Shown in pieces: positions 1 to 9,164 of a DNA stretch of 54,387 bases (within the stretch, counting starts at the first letter, position 1; each line of letters opens with the position of its first letter). This DNA is from a virus. Its lineage: Duplodnaviria; Caudoviricetes. The stretch is taken from the IMG/VR virus record IMGVR_UViG_3300028610_002189, positions 1 to 54,387 of that record; one strand, 5' to 3'. The notes under the pieces are model-generated. The model made no database searches. It saw only the letters and a list, made by a program, of their open reading frames with translations, and was not told the DNA's origin. The position numbers and the translations under genes were made by a program.

Positions 1-166
1 CCCCATCATCACTATCTGGATGATCACTCATGTCAACATATCCTATACTGTTCATAACTTGTTCCGCAGTAATAATACAGTGATTGATATCATCTGTGGT
101 CAATTTAATTCCCTCATTTGGAATAATTGTCAATACAATTTCAGCTTTACATACTATTTTTTTCAT
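1..166 (-). CDS. Hypothetical protein, partial (runs off window start), MKKIVCKAEIVL...
   Basis: AAGGAGGA SD upstream of ATG at 166; open to window edge; not in ORF track. Confidence 0.6.
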   Translation of the reverse strand, partial: MKKIVCKAEIVLTIIPNEGIKLTTDDINHCIITAEQVMNSIGYVDMSDHPDSDDG

Positions 167-344
167 TTCGTTCCTCCTTTTCTTGTGACTCGTTTACAGT
201 TTTCCATAAGCTATCTCCAACATATTTTATTCGCTCACCGCATACACCATGTAGACTATTATGAATACCTGCAACAAATTCACCTTTAGTTTCTCTTAAT
301 ACTTCTTTAATACGATTCGCTACCATATCAAAGTCTAGTATCAT
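147..344 (-). CDS. Hypothetical protein
   Basis: ORF with AAGGAGG SD; same strand as neighbours. Confidence 0.55.
   Translation of the reverse strand: MILDFDMVANRIKEVLRETKGEFVAGIHNSLHGVCGERIKYVGDSLWKTVNESQEKEERNEKNSM
172..210. repeat. 39-bp direct repeat, copy 1 (copy 2 at 3111-3149)
   Basis: tcctccttttcttgtgactcgtttacagtt(t/c)tccataag, 38/39 identical. Confidence 0.9.
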
Positions 345-481
345 AATACCTCCTTCTAAAATAGAAAGTTATAGTTTATACTTCATGCTCTCTAATTGAA
401 ACATATATAGAAAACACTTTACTGTGTAGTGTTGTTATACCAGTATAATTTTCCCTTTTGTTTGTTTCATTTATTCTCTCC

Positions 482-796
482 CTAAAATTTGTTTGCACAA
501 TGTTTAGGACTTTCCCAAGCTATATCTTTCCAAGCAGGATTATCATATGTAACTTTCCCGTCCTCGTCTTTTACATGGAAACCAAGAATTTTATTACAGG
601 AACCTCTAAAATAAAGGGGTTCATTTTCTTCACTACGTTTATATTCTCCTCTGCAAATAAAAAGAATAACTTCTGTTTCTTCACTTTGAGCTTCTGGTAT
701 ATAAGACTCTTCAACAGATTCTCCATTCTCATCTACAAAAATATCGTTGCCATGATCCCATTTCCATTCCTTGCCACATCTTGGACATTTAGCCAT
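482..796 (-). CDS. Cys-rich Zn-ribbon-like hypothetical protein
   Basis: CPRCG..C..C motifs; GGAGG SD favours start MAKCP at 796. Confidence 0.65.
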   Translation of the reverse strand: MAKCPRCGKEWKWDHGNDIFVDENGESVEESYIPEAQSEETEVILFICRGEYKRSEENEPLYFRGSCNKILGFHVKDEDGKVTYDNPAWKDIAWESPKHCANKF

Positions 797-818
797 ACTT
801 ACCTCCATAGTTTGTTAG

Positions 819-844
819 AAAGGAGGAGCCGAAGCTCCTCCTTT
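819..844 (-). terminator. Rho-independent terminator-like hairpin after histone-like gene
   Basis: Minus strand AAAGGAGGAGC-TTCG-GCTCCTCCTTT; C(UUCG)G tetraloop followed by short U run. Confidence 0.75.
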
Positions 845-859
845 TATGTAAGTAGGATG

Positions 860-1423
860 TCAAGCCTTTGCTGTTGCCAACTTCTTACCGAGCTTTGCAG
901 GGACACGAGTAGCTTTTGCTTTCTTAGTTCTTTTCTTAAGAACTTTTCCAGCAGCTTTTACATCCCTTTTCATAGCAGTTTTTACCTTTTTTGTAGCCTT
1001 AAGAGTTTTCCCTGCTTGAGCTTTCTTGTACTTTAGATGACACGGAGCAACTCCGCCTTCAGACTTGTATGTTGCTCTTTCCACCTCTGCAGAAGTTCTC
1101 TTATCAGCAATTCTCGCTGCCAGGATATCTTTTGTGATCTCACCATACGGCACGATAGTCATATGTTGAGCTTGCACCGCTGATTTACTGTTCTTGGTTT
1201 CGCACTTGTGAGTGACTTTAACACCCTTCGCAAGACCGGCAATTATCACATCTCCATCTCTACGAATTTGGAAACCACCTCTTTTGGTCTCACCCAAAGA
1301 GAGGTTTTTGTTTTTTGCCAACAGGGGATTGAGAAGCTTCCTTATTCTTAGCTTATCTTTTTGAGATGCCCTTGTTGGAATTACTGCCTTTTTCATGACC
1401 TTTTTTGTCTGTGACTTTTTCAT
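860..1423 (-). CDS. Basic Lys/Ala-rich putative DNA-binding (histone-like) protein, paralogue 1
   Basis: K/A-rich C-tail; QAQHMT..ILAARI motif shared with 10103 and 12547 ORFs; AAGGAG SD before MKKSQ. Confidence 0.6.
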   Translation of the reverse strand: MKKSQTKKVMKKAVIPTRASQKDKLRIRKLLNPLLAKNKNLSLGETKRGGFQIRRDGDVIIAGLAKGVKVTHKCETKNSKSAVQAQHMTIVPYGEITKDILAARIADKRTSAEVERATYKSEGGVAPCHLKYKKAQAGKTLKATKKVKTAMKRDVKAAGKVLKKRTKKAKATRVPAKLGKKLATAKA

Positions 1424-1495
1424 TACTTCTCTCCTTTTTTGGTTAAGGTTAAATTGATACCTAACTACTCCTACCCTACACTCTATCACCTCCCT

Positions 1496-1714
1496 TTAAG
1501 AAAGATTTTCAATTTCTTGATCAAGATCATCTAGAAAACTACCAATGTCATCCTCACTAATATCCAAATCTTCCCTTTCCTCTTCATTTATAGATCTCAA
1601 CGCTTCTTTAGCATCTAGATTGCTAAGACCAGCCCGAAATATTACAATATCTTTTCTACTTTGTAACACAACACTTATAGAACGAAACTTCTCCCCTTCT
1701 CTAATAACCTTCAT
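1496..1714 (-). CDS. Hypothetical acidic protein
   Basis: GGAGGTG SD before MKVIRE at 1714. Confidence 0.6.
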   Translation of the reverse strand: MKVIREGEKFRSISVVLQSRKDIVIFRAGLSNLDAKEALRSINEEEREDLDISEDDIGSFLDDLDQEIENLS

Positions 1715-1733
1715 ATTCTCACCTCCTTCCTTA

Positions 1734-1946
1734 TTACCATTGTGATGAATCAATAATCATATTAATATTTCCTATCATATTATCAAAATCAACATAACCT
1801 TTTTTCATTACTACTAACTTGTCCTCTCCTCCACGCATAAGAAATACTTCTGCATACTTGGCAAAGAACCAAGTATTTTTAGGTCTATCTTTTATAACTT
1901 TTTTTAGCTTCTTCAGATACTCTAATTCCTCTTTTGTTGGTGTCAT
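1734..1946 (-). CDS. Hypothetical protein
   Basis: ORF with AAGGAGG SD. Confidence 0.6.
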   Translation of the reverse strand: MTPTKEELEYLKKLKKVIKDRPKNTWFFAKYAEVFLMRGGEDKLVVMKKGYVDFDNMIGNINMIIDSSQW

Positions 1947-1975
1947 AAATCCTCCTTGTTTTATGTTATACCCTA

Positions 1976-2004
1976 CATATACATTGTATATACAATGGAT
2001 GCAA
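1976..2004 (-). promoter_or_regulatory. Candidate sigma70-like promoter with a palindromic operator in its spacer
   Basis: Minus strand TTGCAT-17 bp-TATATG; spacer holds perfect palindrome CATTGTATATACAATG (1982-1997). Confidence 0.5.
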
Positions 2005-2044
2005 GCATTATTTTGGGGTTTTCTATTCCTAATTTTGTTATATT

Positions 2045-2260
2045 TTATGTCCTGTATTTAACTCCAAAGCGACTTTTTCTTATTTCTTTAAGATTAGGAT
2101 TATCACATTCCATGCCATGACCATCATGCCTACTTTTTAATTCTGCATCTGAATGTGGGATGTTCATTGCTCTACAATCACCCTCATAAGCCTGCGAACA
2201 TTTAATACAGACCTCATCAGGCGTATCAGGACATATTTTTCCCATTATTTTTGTTTTCAT
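2045..2260 (-). CDS. Cys-rich hypothetical protein
   Basis: ORF with GAGG SD, 5 Cys. Confidence 0.55.
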   Translation of the reverse strand: MKTKIMGKICPDTPDEVCIKCSQAYEGDCRAMNIPHSDAELKSRHDGHGMECDNPNLKEIRKSRFGVKYRT

Positions 2261-2288
2261 GTTTGTTTACCTCTTAACTAATATGCTA

Positions 2289-2558
2289 TTATGATAAAAT
2301 AGCATCTTTGTTCTTCCAAAACTCTATTTTAACTTCATCCATCCATTCATTAGTCTTAATGTCTATATTGCTTTCAATATCGTGTTCACGATCTCCCGAG
2401 CAATAAAAATTCAGGCGAGGATGATAACCACCATACATTACATCATTGTTATCATCTCTCTCAAATTCACCTTCCGCAGTAATCCTAAATGACTGTTCTG
2501 GTATGAACCACTCAACAAAAATTTCCTTTCCACAAACTCTACAAAATCTTTGTTCCAT
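2289..2558 (-). CDS. Zn-ribbon-like hypothetical protein
   Basis: CRVCG ... CSGDREH; GAGGAGG SD. Confidence 0.6.
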   Translation of the reverse strand: MEQRFCRVCGKEIFVEWFIPEQSFRITAEGEFERDDNNDVMYGGYHPRLNFYCSGDREHDIESNIDIKTNEWMDEVKIEFWKNKDAILS

Positions 2559-2737
2559 CTTGTCCTCCTCTCTTTTTCTTCTAAAATGTTAAGCCTCCAA
2601 CTTTTCTATTTTAAATAGATCATTTGGATGCATTTCTTGAGCTTGTTCTAATTCTACTTGTGCTTTACAATAAGACAGAGGCACTACGCTTTCTGGATCT
2701 GGGTCTACCCTCATATAACAAACAACTTGATATTTCA

Positions 2738-3262
2738 TCACTTAACCTCCTCTTCTAGAATGTTAAGTCTTCCATTTTGTTTCTTCACTACGGCTACAAG
2801 ATTTCCAACAAGGACATTAATATGTTCAATAAGTATTTTTAGTCCATCTTTTATGTTATAATAACCTTTTATATTAAATCTATTATTCCAAAAATCACGT
2901 TTAGCCCTTTCTGTAGACGTTATAAGAGTACTGATAGAATAATTAACTTTACTCCAACTAGAATCCTCAGAATTACAACTCCCACTCACATATGTTAAAG
3001 GACAAAATTTACATTCATCATCATCGTTATCACTAACATAGCATAAAGCACATGTGTCACTTGCTAACTCAAAATTATATAGAAATACATGAATTTCTTT
3101 GATTATAAACTCCTCCTTTTCTTGTGACTCGTTTACAGTTCTCCATAAGTCCATAATAGCAGTTTTATTTTCTCTCCAATGTTTCAAACTCAACTCTGCT
3201 GCTGAATATCCTTCCTTCAACAAAGCTTCTATATCATCTCCATTTTCAATATGAATAAACAT
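2738..3262 (-). CDS. Cys-cluster hypothetical protein
   Basis: CALC...CKFCPL...C motif; AAGGAG SD. Confidence 0.65.
   Translation of the reverse strand: MFIHIENGDDIEALLKEGYSAAELSLKHWRENKTAIMDLWRTVNESQEKEEFIIKEIHVFLYNFELASDTCALCYVSDNDDDECKFCPLTYVSGSCNSEDSSWSKVNYSISTLITSTERAKRDFWNNRFNIKGYYNIKDGLKILIEHINVLVGNLVAVVKKQNGRLNILEEEVK
3111..3149. repeat. 39-bp direct repeat, copy 2
   Basis: Matches 172-210 with 1 mismatch. Confidence 0.9.
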
Positions 3263-3274
3263 TTTTCACTCCTT

Positions 3275-3535
3275 TCAAATATTTTTATATCTGTTGGCAA
3301 TATATCTACAAACCAATCCTTGTTTTAGTTCATGCAATCTATCCTTAACTATTGTTTCCTCAGTAGAATCTAACTTGTTTCTCATGGCTCTTTTGAAGTA
3401 TTTCATTGCAAGTGCCACACTTTCTTTATCACCACGGAAGCATCCTCCCACTTCTCTTCCTTCCTCAATATCTGTAGCTTTTGCAAGGGTGCGATTGCCC
3501 TCTAAAATATGTTTATTGATCTTCTTCTTGCTCAT
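3275..3535 (-). CDS. Hypothetical protein
   Basis: GGAGG SD before MSKKK at 3535. Confidence 0.55.
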   Translation of the reverse strand: MSKKKINKHILEGNRTLAKATDIEEGREVGGCFRGDKESVALAMKYFKRAMRNKLDSTEETIVKDRLHELKQGLVCRYIANRYKNI

Positions 3536-3740
3536 AGAATCCTCCCATATCTTCTTCAATTTGCTCTAAGATGTTGCATACAAAATAATGGAGTTCATTA
3601 TCCTTATCATGTTTTTTAACCTGTATTAGATGACTAATCTCTCCCACTGAAATTGTAAGTACAAATTCACGTTCCTCATCTTCTGGCCTAGATCCTGGTA
3701 ACATATCTTCTGTTACTCCTGGTGGCAAATTACTTAGCAT
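3513..3740 (-). CDS. Hypothetical protein (NLPPGVT..MLPG.RPED N-terminus)
   Basis: AAGGAGG SD; N-terminal motif I recall from small phage proteins. Confidence 0.6.
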   Translation of the reverse strand: MLSNLPPGVTEDMLPGSRPEDEEREFVLTISVGEISHLIQVKKHDKDNELHYFVCNILEQIEEDMGGFYEQEEDQ

Positions 3741-3766
3741 AATGCCTCCTTTTCATTATTAGATTT

Positions 3767-3967
3767 TCAAAATACCCTAACTGGTCTTTTCAAGGCATCA
3801 AAACATTCCAAAACTTCTTCTTGTAGTTCTTTTAATATCCTTGTAGTATATAACTCTCTACATGCATGTGTCACGCTTCCTTCTTGTTTGTAAGATGCAA
3901 AGCAATCTTCATGAAATCCTATCCTACGTACAAATAGTTTTTTTATTTTACCTTCTACTTCTCTCAC
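3767..3967 (-). CDS. Hypothetical protein
   Basis: AAGGAGG SD before GTG. Confidence 0.5.
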   Translation of the reverse strand: MREVEGKIKKLFVRRIGFHEDCFASYKQEGSVTHACRELYTTRILKELQEEVLECFDALKRPVRVF

Positions 3968-3985
3968 AATACCTCCTTTTATATT

Positions 3986-4270
3986 TTAGTCATCTTTCAA
4001 AACTTCTTTTGCCCAATTTTGAATATCATTCCAAGTATATTTACAGAGTAAGTAAATAGGTTCATTCATTCGTATATCAAAACCTTGCTCCCTTACTGCT
4101 TTTCTAGCTGCCTGGGATATACTTAAACTATAACATTCAGTAAAATCACGAGCCTCAGCCTCAGTTTTTTCCAAAGCATCGGCTTTTCCATGATCAAAAC
4201 TCTCTTCTCTTAGTTTTTGTGCTCCTAAAATTGCTCTTGCAAATCTCTTTTCAAAATCCATTTCTACCAC
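3986..4270 (-). CDS. Hypothetical protein
   Basis: ORF overlapping upstream stop. Confidence 0.6.
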   Translation of the reverse strand: MVEMDFEKRFARAILGAQKLREESFDHGKADALEKTEAEARDFTECYSLSISQAARKAVREQGFDIRMNEPIYLLCKYTWNDIQNWAKEVLKDD

Positions 4271-4794
4271 CTTTCTTTGCTATATTTCAAATATAGCATA
4301 TAACTCTTCATTTTTCTTTCTACATACTTTGCCAGAATTTCTGTTGTCTTTTTAGGTATCTTCTTCCTAAAGTAATCCCTAATAACGGAGTGAGTCATTT
4401 CGTGTGCTAGAACTCCCACTCTTATACTTTGACATGATAGGTGGATCGTTCTTGCTTTGTGATAGTAAAACGCTATTGGAGACTTCTTCTTCTTGTTTAT
4501 TCTCTTCCACGCTGCATTAACTCCAAATTTGTTTGGATAAATTCTTATCTTAATCGCAGAAGGTAATTTATACATCCCTAAAATGCCTTGTGTAATGTTA
4601 ACCATATCATCTATCATAATCGGTAGAATTTCCATTCCAATGTTCATATTTTTTGAAAAGGTTATCAGGTCTCTTATATTGTTATACTGTATCAGTATTT
4701 TCTTTCCTTTCATCATTTTCTGTTCTGCATATACATTTGTTGTAAAGAAAGATAAGATTATGGTAAATACTATAAAGCGTATTTTAAATTTCAT
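4264..4794 (-). CDS. Exported zincin-like (HExxH) metallopeptidase-family protein
   Basis: Signal peptide MKFKIRFIVFTIILSFFTTNVYA; GVLAHEMTH motif plus downstream EILA glutamate; AAGGAG SD. Confidence 0.7.
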   Translation of the reverse strand: MKFKIRFIVFTIILSFFTTNVYAEQKMMKGKKILIQYNNIRDLITFSKNMNIGMEILPIMIDDMVNITQGILGMYKLPSAIKIRIYPNKFGVNAAWKRINKKKKSPIAFYYHKARTIHLSCQSIRVGVLAHEMTHSVIRDYFRKKIPKKTTEILAKYVERKMKSYMLYLKYSKERW

Positions 4795-4814
4795 ACTTCT
4801 CCTTTCTTTTTCAT

Positions 4815-5027
4815 TTACTTTACTTTTACAAGTACACCCTCTTTCAATATCCCTTGAGCATACCATTTATGTGGTTCTGGATAGTGGGGACCTTCAAGAT
4901 AAACAGTCCCTGTGTGGTATGTCAAATCAGGCCCAAGCCCAGGATTATAACAACGTACCTCTTTTTCCTCTTTCACAGCCTCTTTTAAGGCTTTCTTCGT
5001 CTTGAAGTTCTCTATTGTATAAGCCAT
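4815..5027 (-). CDS. Small phage hypothetical protein
   Basis: NFKTKKALKEAV...EGPHYPEPHKWYA; AAGGAG SD. Confidence 0.65.
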   Translation of the reverse strand: MAYTIENFKTKKALKEAVKEEKEVRCYNPGLGPDLTYHTGTVYLEGPHYPEPHKWYAQGILKEGVLVKVK

Positions 5028-5063
5028 ACTCTTACTCCTTTTATTAGGTATCTATTTTTCTAT

Positions 5064-5459
5064 TTAATAAGCTGGTACAAGAGCTTGTGCAACAACGGCT
5101 CTCATACCGGCTCCAATATAACTATAGTCAAACTTACCATCTGGTATTCTCCCTATTTGATATTTTGCGCCAAATGGAATTCGATATTTCTTTACCACAG
5201 TACCTATCACATTATCCTTCCCATCCTCCTTTTTGAACTCCTCAGCTTCCTCCTCGGATAAGAAACCAGAGTACCCATGTCGTTCTTCCATTGGAACACT
5301 TGACATACAACTTAATTTTTCCTCAGGCAAAGACTTCCATTCACATCCTCTAGAGGAAGAAAACCTTGTAAAAAGAATACTATCTATATCCTTCATAAGT
5401 TTCCAGATAAAAACCTCTCCATCACTAACAAGCACTTCACCTCTCTCTTCTATACACAT
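5064..5459 (-). CDS. Hypothetical protein
   Basis: ORF with AAGGGG SD. Confidence 0.6.
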   Translation of the reverse strand: MCIEERGEVLVSDGEVFIWKLMKDIDSILFTRFSSSRGCEWKSLPEEKLSCMSSVPMEERHGYSGFLSEEEAEEFKKEDGKDNVIGTVVKKYRIPFGAKYQIGRIPDGKFDYSYIGAGMRAVVAQALVPAY

Positions 5460-5489
5460 AACAATCCCCTTTTATTTATTTTTTATGTT

Positions 5490-5708
5490 TCATATCTTCT
5501 TCCTTCGTTTATCCTTAGAAATATGCAAATCAAGTAATTCTCCAATCTTAGAGGGAATATATTTGAGATTCAAGCCACAAATTCTCAGCATCGTGCCACC
5601 AGCCAAGTCTCCTTCAGTAGGATCGAAGTAAATAACTTTACCATCTGCTCTAATTCTAAGATAGCCCCGAATATTGACATCAGCCTCACCCATGCTTAAT
5701 CTTTTCAC
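5490..5708 (-). CDS. Hypothetical protein
   Basis: AAGGAGGTG SD before GTG. Confidence 0.55.
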   Translation of the reverse strand: MKRLSMGEADVNIRGYLRIRADGKVIYFDPTEGDLAGGTMLRICGLNLKYIPSKIGELLDLHISKDKRRKKI

Positions 5709-5725
5709 AATACCACCTCCTTTTC

Positions 5726-6160
5726 TTATTTCTGGTCTAAAGAAGCTATATTTTGATCTAAAGAAGCCATAGCTGCTCTTTTACTTGGCATACTCAATTC
5801 TTCAAATTCAAGCATTAGTTTAGCAGATTCTAATACAATATTCAGTGGTTTTGAACCAAAACTACCAATCGCTTGTTCAATATTTCTTAAAGCGTGTTTC
5901 GATATATTGAGTAAATTGACCCACTGTCTTTTCCTTGTCAACGCTTCAATTCCATCATTTACTTGTTTGTTATATAGTTGAATTTGCCTTGAATAAATAT
6001 CGGATAGAAAAGCTGCAATAAGTTCCAAATGGTCAAATAGCTTTTCTGGGTCTTTTCCATATGCTTTATCCTCGTCAATTAATTTTAGTAGGAACATCGT
6101 GTCATCCGTCCCAACTTCTCTCAAACAATATTTTAAGGTTTCTAACCTTTTTTTATCCAT
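5726..6160 (-). CDS. Hypothetical helical protein
   Basis: GGAGGAGG SD; C-terminal ASLDQ duplication. Confidence 0.6.
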   Translation of the reverse strand: MDKKRLETLKYCLREVGTDDTMFLLKLIDEDKAYGKDPEKLFDHLELIAAFLSDIYSRQIQLYNKQVNDGIEALTRKRQWVNLLNISKHALRNIEQAIGSFGSKPLNIVLESAKLMLEFEELSMPSKRAAMASLDQNIASLDQK

Positions 6161-6181
6161 TCTTTGCCTCCTCCTATTTAC

Positions 6182-6457
6182 TTATTTGTCTAATTCTTCA
6201 ATTGCTTTCAAATGGTGAATAATTGGATTATTTGGGTCTATTATCCTTTCTAAATTTAACTCCCCACCCCATTTATCATAAACCTCTTTCCCAATCTGCA
6301 CAATTTTCTTATCACGAACAACGAACCAGCCCTCATAAGAAATGTGTAACCCATCAGGAAGATCAATGTTATCTCCATCCATATAACACTTCATTTCGGG
6401 ATTCGGAGTACTCTTTATCTGAATCCGTTCATCTCCAATAAAATCCATTACTCCCAT
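6182..6457 (-). CDS. Hypothetical protein
   Basis: AAGGAGG SD. Confidence 0.6.
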   Translation of the reverse strand: MGVMDFIGDERIQIKSTPNPEMKCYMDGDNIDLPDGLHISYEGWFVVRDKKIVQIGKEVYDKWGGELNLERIIDPNNPIIHHLKAIEELDK

Positions 6458-6786
6458 TTTACTGCCTCCTTTTTCTCTTTACATTCTTTTCCTTCTGTTG
6501 CCAGTTGTATCCCAGCAAGAGAAGCAAGAAGAATGGTTTTAGTATGTTCATCACTCCGTACAATAGTTTCATTTATAGATTCACTCAAAGCCCTGTTTGC
6601 AGTCTCATGGGCCGACATGATTTCATTGGATATCGAATACAGAGTCTTTCCCATATTTTCGTTTCCTGTGGCAAAGAAGGCATCAGCAATACCCTTGAGT
6701 TCATAAGAGAGATTGAACAATTTACTCATTGCTCTACCGTGATCATTCAACCATCCTACTTTACCATTTGCTTTATTTTTTTTCAT
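6448..6786 (-). CDS. Hypothetical protein
   Basis: AAGGAGG SD. Confidence 0.6.
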   Translation of the reverse strand: MKKNKANGKVGWLNDHGRAMSKLFNLSYELKGIADAFFATGNENMGKTLYSISNEIMSAHETANRALSESINETIVRSDEHTKTILLASLAGIQLATEGKECKEKKEAVKWE

Positions 6787-6821
6787 TAAACCTCCTTTCT
6801 TTAAGATATTTTAAACATCTC

Positions 6822-7103
6822 TTAGATAACGTCAACCCAATCCATTGTCGTACCTATCACATTATCATAGTCTCCACTTGTAGCCTCTTTCTTATACTTG
6901 TCAATTTGCTCTTTCGTAGCTCCTGCTTTCCTCAAGGCTTTAATGGTTTTGCCGATAATAAAGAGAGCATTTCCATCCTCTCCACTTAGCTTAACTGTTG
7001 GTTTCTTATAACCACGTTGAAACTCTAATCCTTTTTCCTCATCATCTTCTACATCAGTCATTTCTTCTATAATCATAATAAACTTCCTCCAAACACATAA
7101 CAA
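6822..7103 (-). CDS. Conserved-looking small phage protein (GEDGNA...SGDYD type); true start probably 7076
   Basis: VKLSGEDGNALFIIG..ALRKAG..EATSGDYD; GGAGG upstream of MIIEE. Confidence 0.65.
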   Translation of the reverse strand: MLCVWRKFIMIIEEMTDVEDDEEKGLEFQRGYKKPTVKLSGEDGNALFIIGKTIKALRKAGATKEQIDKYKKEATSGDYDNVIGTTMDWVDVI

Positions 7104-7211
7104 GTTTAATTTCTATTGTTTCATTAAGCATATATACAGTTACATATACGGTGTTGAAAGCTATATGTAAAGGTTAAAGTAGTTATATTCTACTGTCAAA
7201 GAGCCTTAGTA

Positions 7212-7622
7212 TTAATCCATTTTACGCATATCTTCCTTAGAGATTTCTATGCAGTCGATCTTTGACATATGATTTCCGAGAAAGATATGTATCCATGGTA
7301 AACTTATTCTTGGACACACACCACGCACAAGAGTATTTCCATTATTGTCCAAGTGTTTCCATACAGGAACATTGAACTTATTATATCCCCATCCATATTC
7401 AAATTTCTCAAATATTGAAATTGTGACTTTATAATGAGACTCGAAAAGATTAAAACCCTTTGGCATTCCAAGTAATATCTTACCAGCACCAGATATAACT
7501 GTTCCAGGACAATGTTTGCTACATCCAAAGTCAAGACCTTCTGCATAGCAAGAAGTATCACTACCACAAACACACCCAGGACATTGATATCTCTCTACTG
7601 CTTTCTTAATTTCTTCTTTCAA
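7212..7622 (-). CDS. Cys-rich hypothetical protein
   Basis: YQCPGCVCG..C..C..HC; AAGGAGG SD before TTG. Confidence 0.65.
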   Translation of the reverse strand: MKEEIKKAVERYQCPGCVCGSDTSCYAEGLDFGCSKHCPGTVISGAGKILLGMPKGFNLFESHYKVTISIFEKFEYGWGYNKFNVPVWKHLDNNGNTLVRGVCPRISLPWIHIFLGNHMSKIDCIEISKEDMRKMD

Positions 7623-7646
7623 TTTCTTATCCTCCTTTTCTTTTAT

Positions 7647-7817
7647 TTAGAATAATATAGCTGCAATGGTCAAAAGGACAAAGAACATAAAGGTGGCAGT
7701 AAAAAGGAATATTTTCCTCGTTCGACTTATATCCTTTATCCCTTGCAATGAAAGTCCAACATATATTATAATCATACTGGAGAGGACTATAATGAGGGAA
7801 ATAAGTGGTGTTTTCAT
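7647..7817 (-). CDS. 56-aa two-TM membrane protein, paralogue of 7951-8157 (not in ORF track)
   Basis: MKTPLISLIIVLSSMIIIYVGLSLQGIKDISRTRKIFLFTATFMFFVLLTIAAILF; SD context identical to paralogue. Confidence 0.7.
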   Translation of the reverse strand: MKTPLISLIIVLSSMIIIYVGLSLQGIKDISRTRKIFLFTATFMFFVLLTIAAILF

Positions 7818-7950
7818 CTTTTACTCCTTTCTTTCATCTGAAGTATTATCATATACTTCAAGATTATCTTCACACCCACCAATACAATCTTCACAGTCTA
7901 AACCTGTATTGCAAATGTATAGCATAATCTAATATCCTCCTTCCTTTCAA

Positions 7951-8157
7951 TTAGAATAATATAAATACAATGACCATAAATACAATGAATGTAATAACAG
8001 TAAGGATGAATATTTTTCTTCGGTGAACGTGATGGTGTTGTATTTGACTTCTATCTTTTATCTTTTGTGAGTAAAGCATAACATTTACTATAACCATGTA
8101 GAAGAGGATTACGATACATATAAAGGCTATAATGAGAGGAATGGATGATGTTTCCAT
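7951..8157 (-). CDS. Two-TM small membrane protein
   Basis: Two hydrophobic segments flanking a basic/His loop; AAGGAG SD. Confidence 0.7.
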   Translation of the reverse strand: METSSIPLIIAFICIVILFYMVIVNVMLYSQKIKDRSQIQHHHVHRRKIFILTVITFIVFMVIVFILF

Positions 8158-8473
8158 CTTTTACTCCTTTCTTTTAAGGTTCTCAATAAGAAGTTTCTAA
8201 AAGAATTCAAGGTCTCAACAAGAAATATCTAAAAAGGACGAAAGAGTTGAGGTCCTCTAGAACACTTTCTAACTCTATAGAGTAGAAGCATTTCTAATCG
8301 AAATAGAAGTATTTCTTTTGAACTATACATAATCTTTACTATACCTCCTTAAGAGATGTAGTAGAAATGTTTCTATATACACTTTCTATAGACATATGTA
8401 ATTTCAAGAGTTCATACTGAACAAGGGAAAGTGCTATGTTGCATACATACGGTTATACCATTGTATAGAAGTT

Positions 8474-8674
8474 CTACATATCTTCTACTAACTTTTCCAT
8501 TAGTTTTATAATCTCACTATCGTTTTCTATAATTCTAATCATTATATCTTTTGTTGTTGTTGGTTTATGATGCATTGCAAGTCGTAAGATCTCTATCTGA
8601 GCACGATTATTTTGAGACTGTAAAAACTGGACTTTGCTGAGAAGAATATTAGCTTCACCTATTTTATATTTCAT
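8474..8674 (-). CDS. Small helical protein, paralogue of 8685-8888
   Basis: Shared pattern K.Q.L..QN.....I.RLA..H......KD.....EN...IIKL. Confidence 0.65.
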   Translation of the reverse strand: MKYKIGEANILLSKVQFLQSQNNRAQIEILRLAMHHKPTTTKDIMIRIIENDSEIIKLMEKLVEDM

Positions 8675-8684
8675 AAATCCTCCT

Positions 8685-8888
8685 TTAGAAATATTTCTGT
8701 TGCTCTTTAAATAACTCTGTTCTTAGTTTTATAATCTTAGCAACATTCTCCTCAATTTTGATCAATCTATCTTTTATAGGTGATGATGCATGTGCTTTCG
8801 CAAGTCTTTCTATGTTTACCCAATGGTGATCATTTTGAGTTTTAAGAGACTGAATTTTATTGAGGATAGCATCAGATTTGCTTATCAT
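8685..8888 (-). CDS. Small helical protein, paralogue of 8474-8674
   Basis: Same pattern; AAGGAGG SD. Confidence 0.65.
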   Translation of the reverse strand: MISKSDAILNKIQSLKTQNDHHWVNIERLAKAHASSPIKDRLIKIEENVAKIIKLRTELFKEQQKYF

Positions 8889-8926
8889 AGTACCTCCTTC
8901 TTAATAACCTCTCTGTAGAAACATTT

Positions 8927-9154
8927 CTATTTTGTCTCTTGAAAGAGTTGAACTAAATTAAAGTTTATTGTATCTACCACTATGATGAATATTATATGAC
9001 CACAACCCTTACAATAAAAGATCTCTAATGCAGTATCTTTCTTGAAAAAAGGAACTTCAGGAAATAGTTCTATTCCACTTTCCTTGTCTATGAAGTCACT
9101 TTCACTCTTACCATAATAGTACTCTTTTTTACAGGTCTTACAGATTACTATCAT
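8927..9154 (-). CDS. Zn-ribbon-like protein, possible paralogue of 482-796
   Basis: CKTCKKEY..DFID..G...PE..FYCKGC. Confidence 0.6.
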   Translation of the reverse strand: MIVICKTCKKEYYYGKSESDFIDKESGIELFPEVPFFKKDTALEIFYCKGCGHIIFIIVVDTINFNLVQLFQETK

Positions 9155-9164
9155 ATTAACCTCC

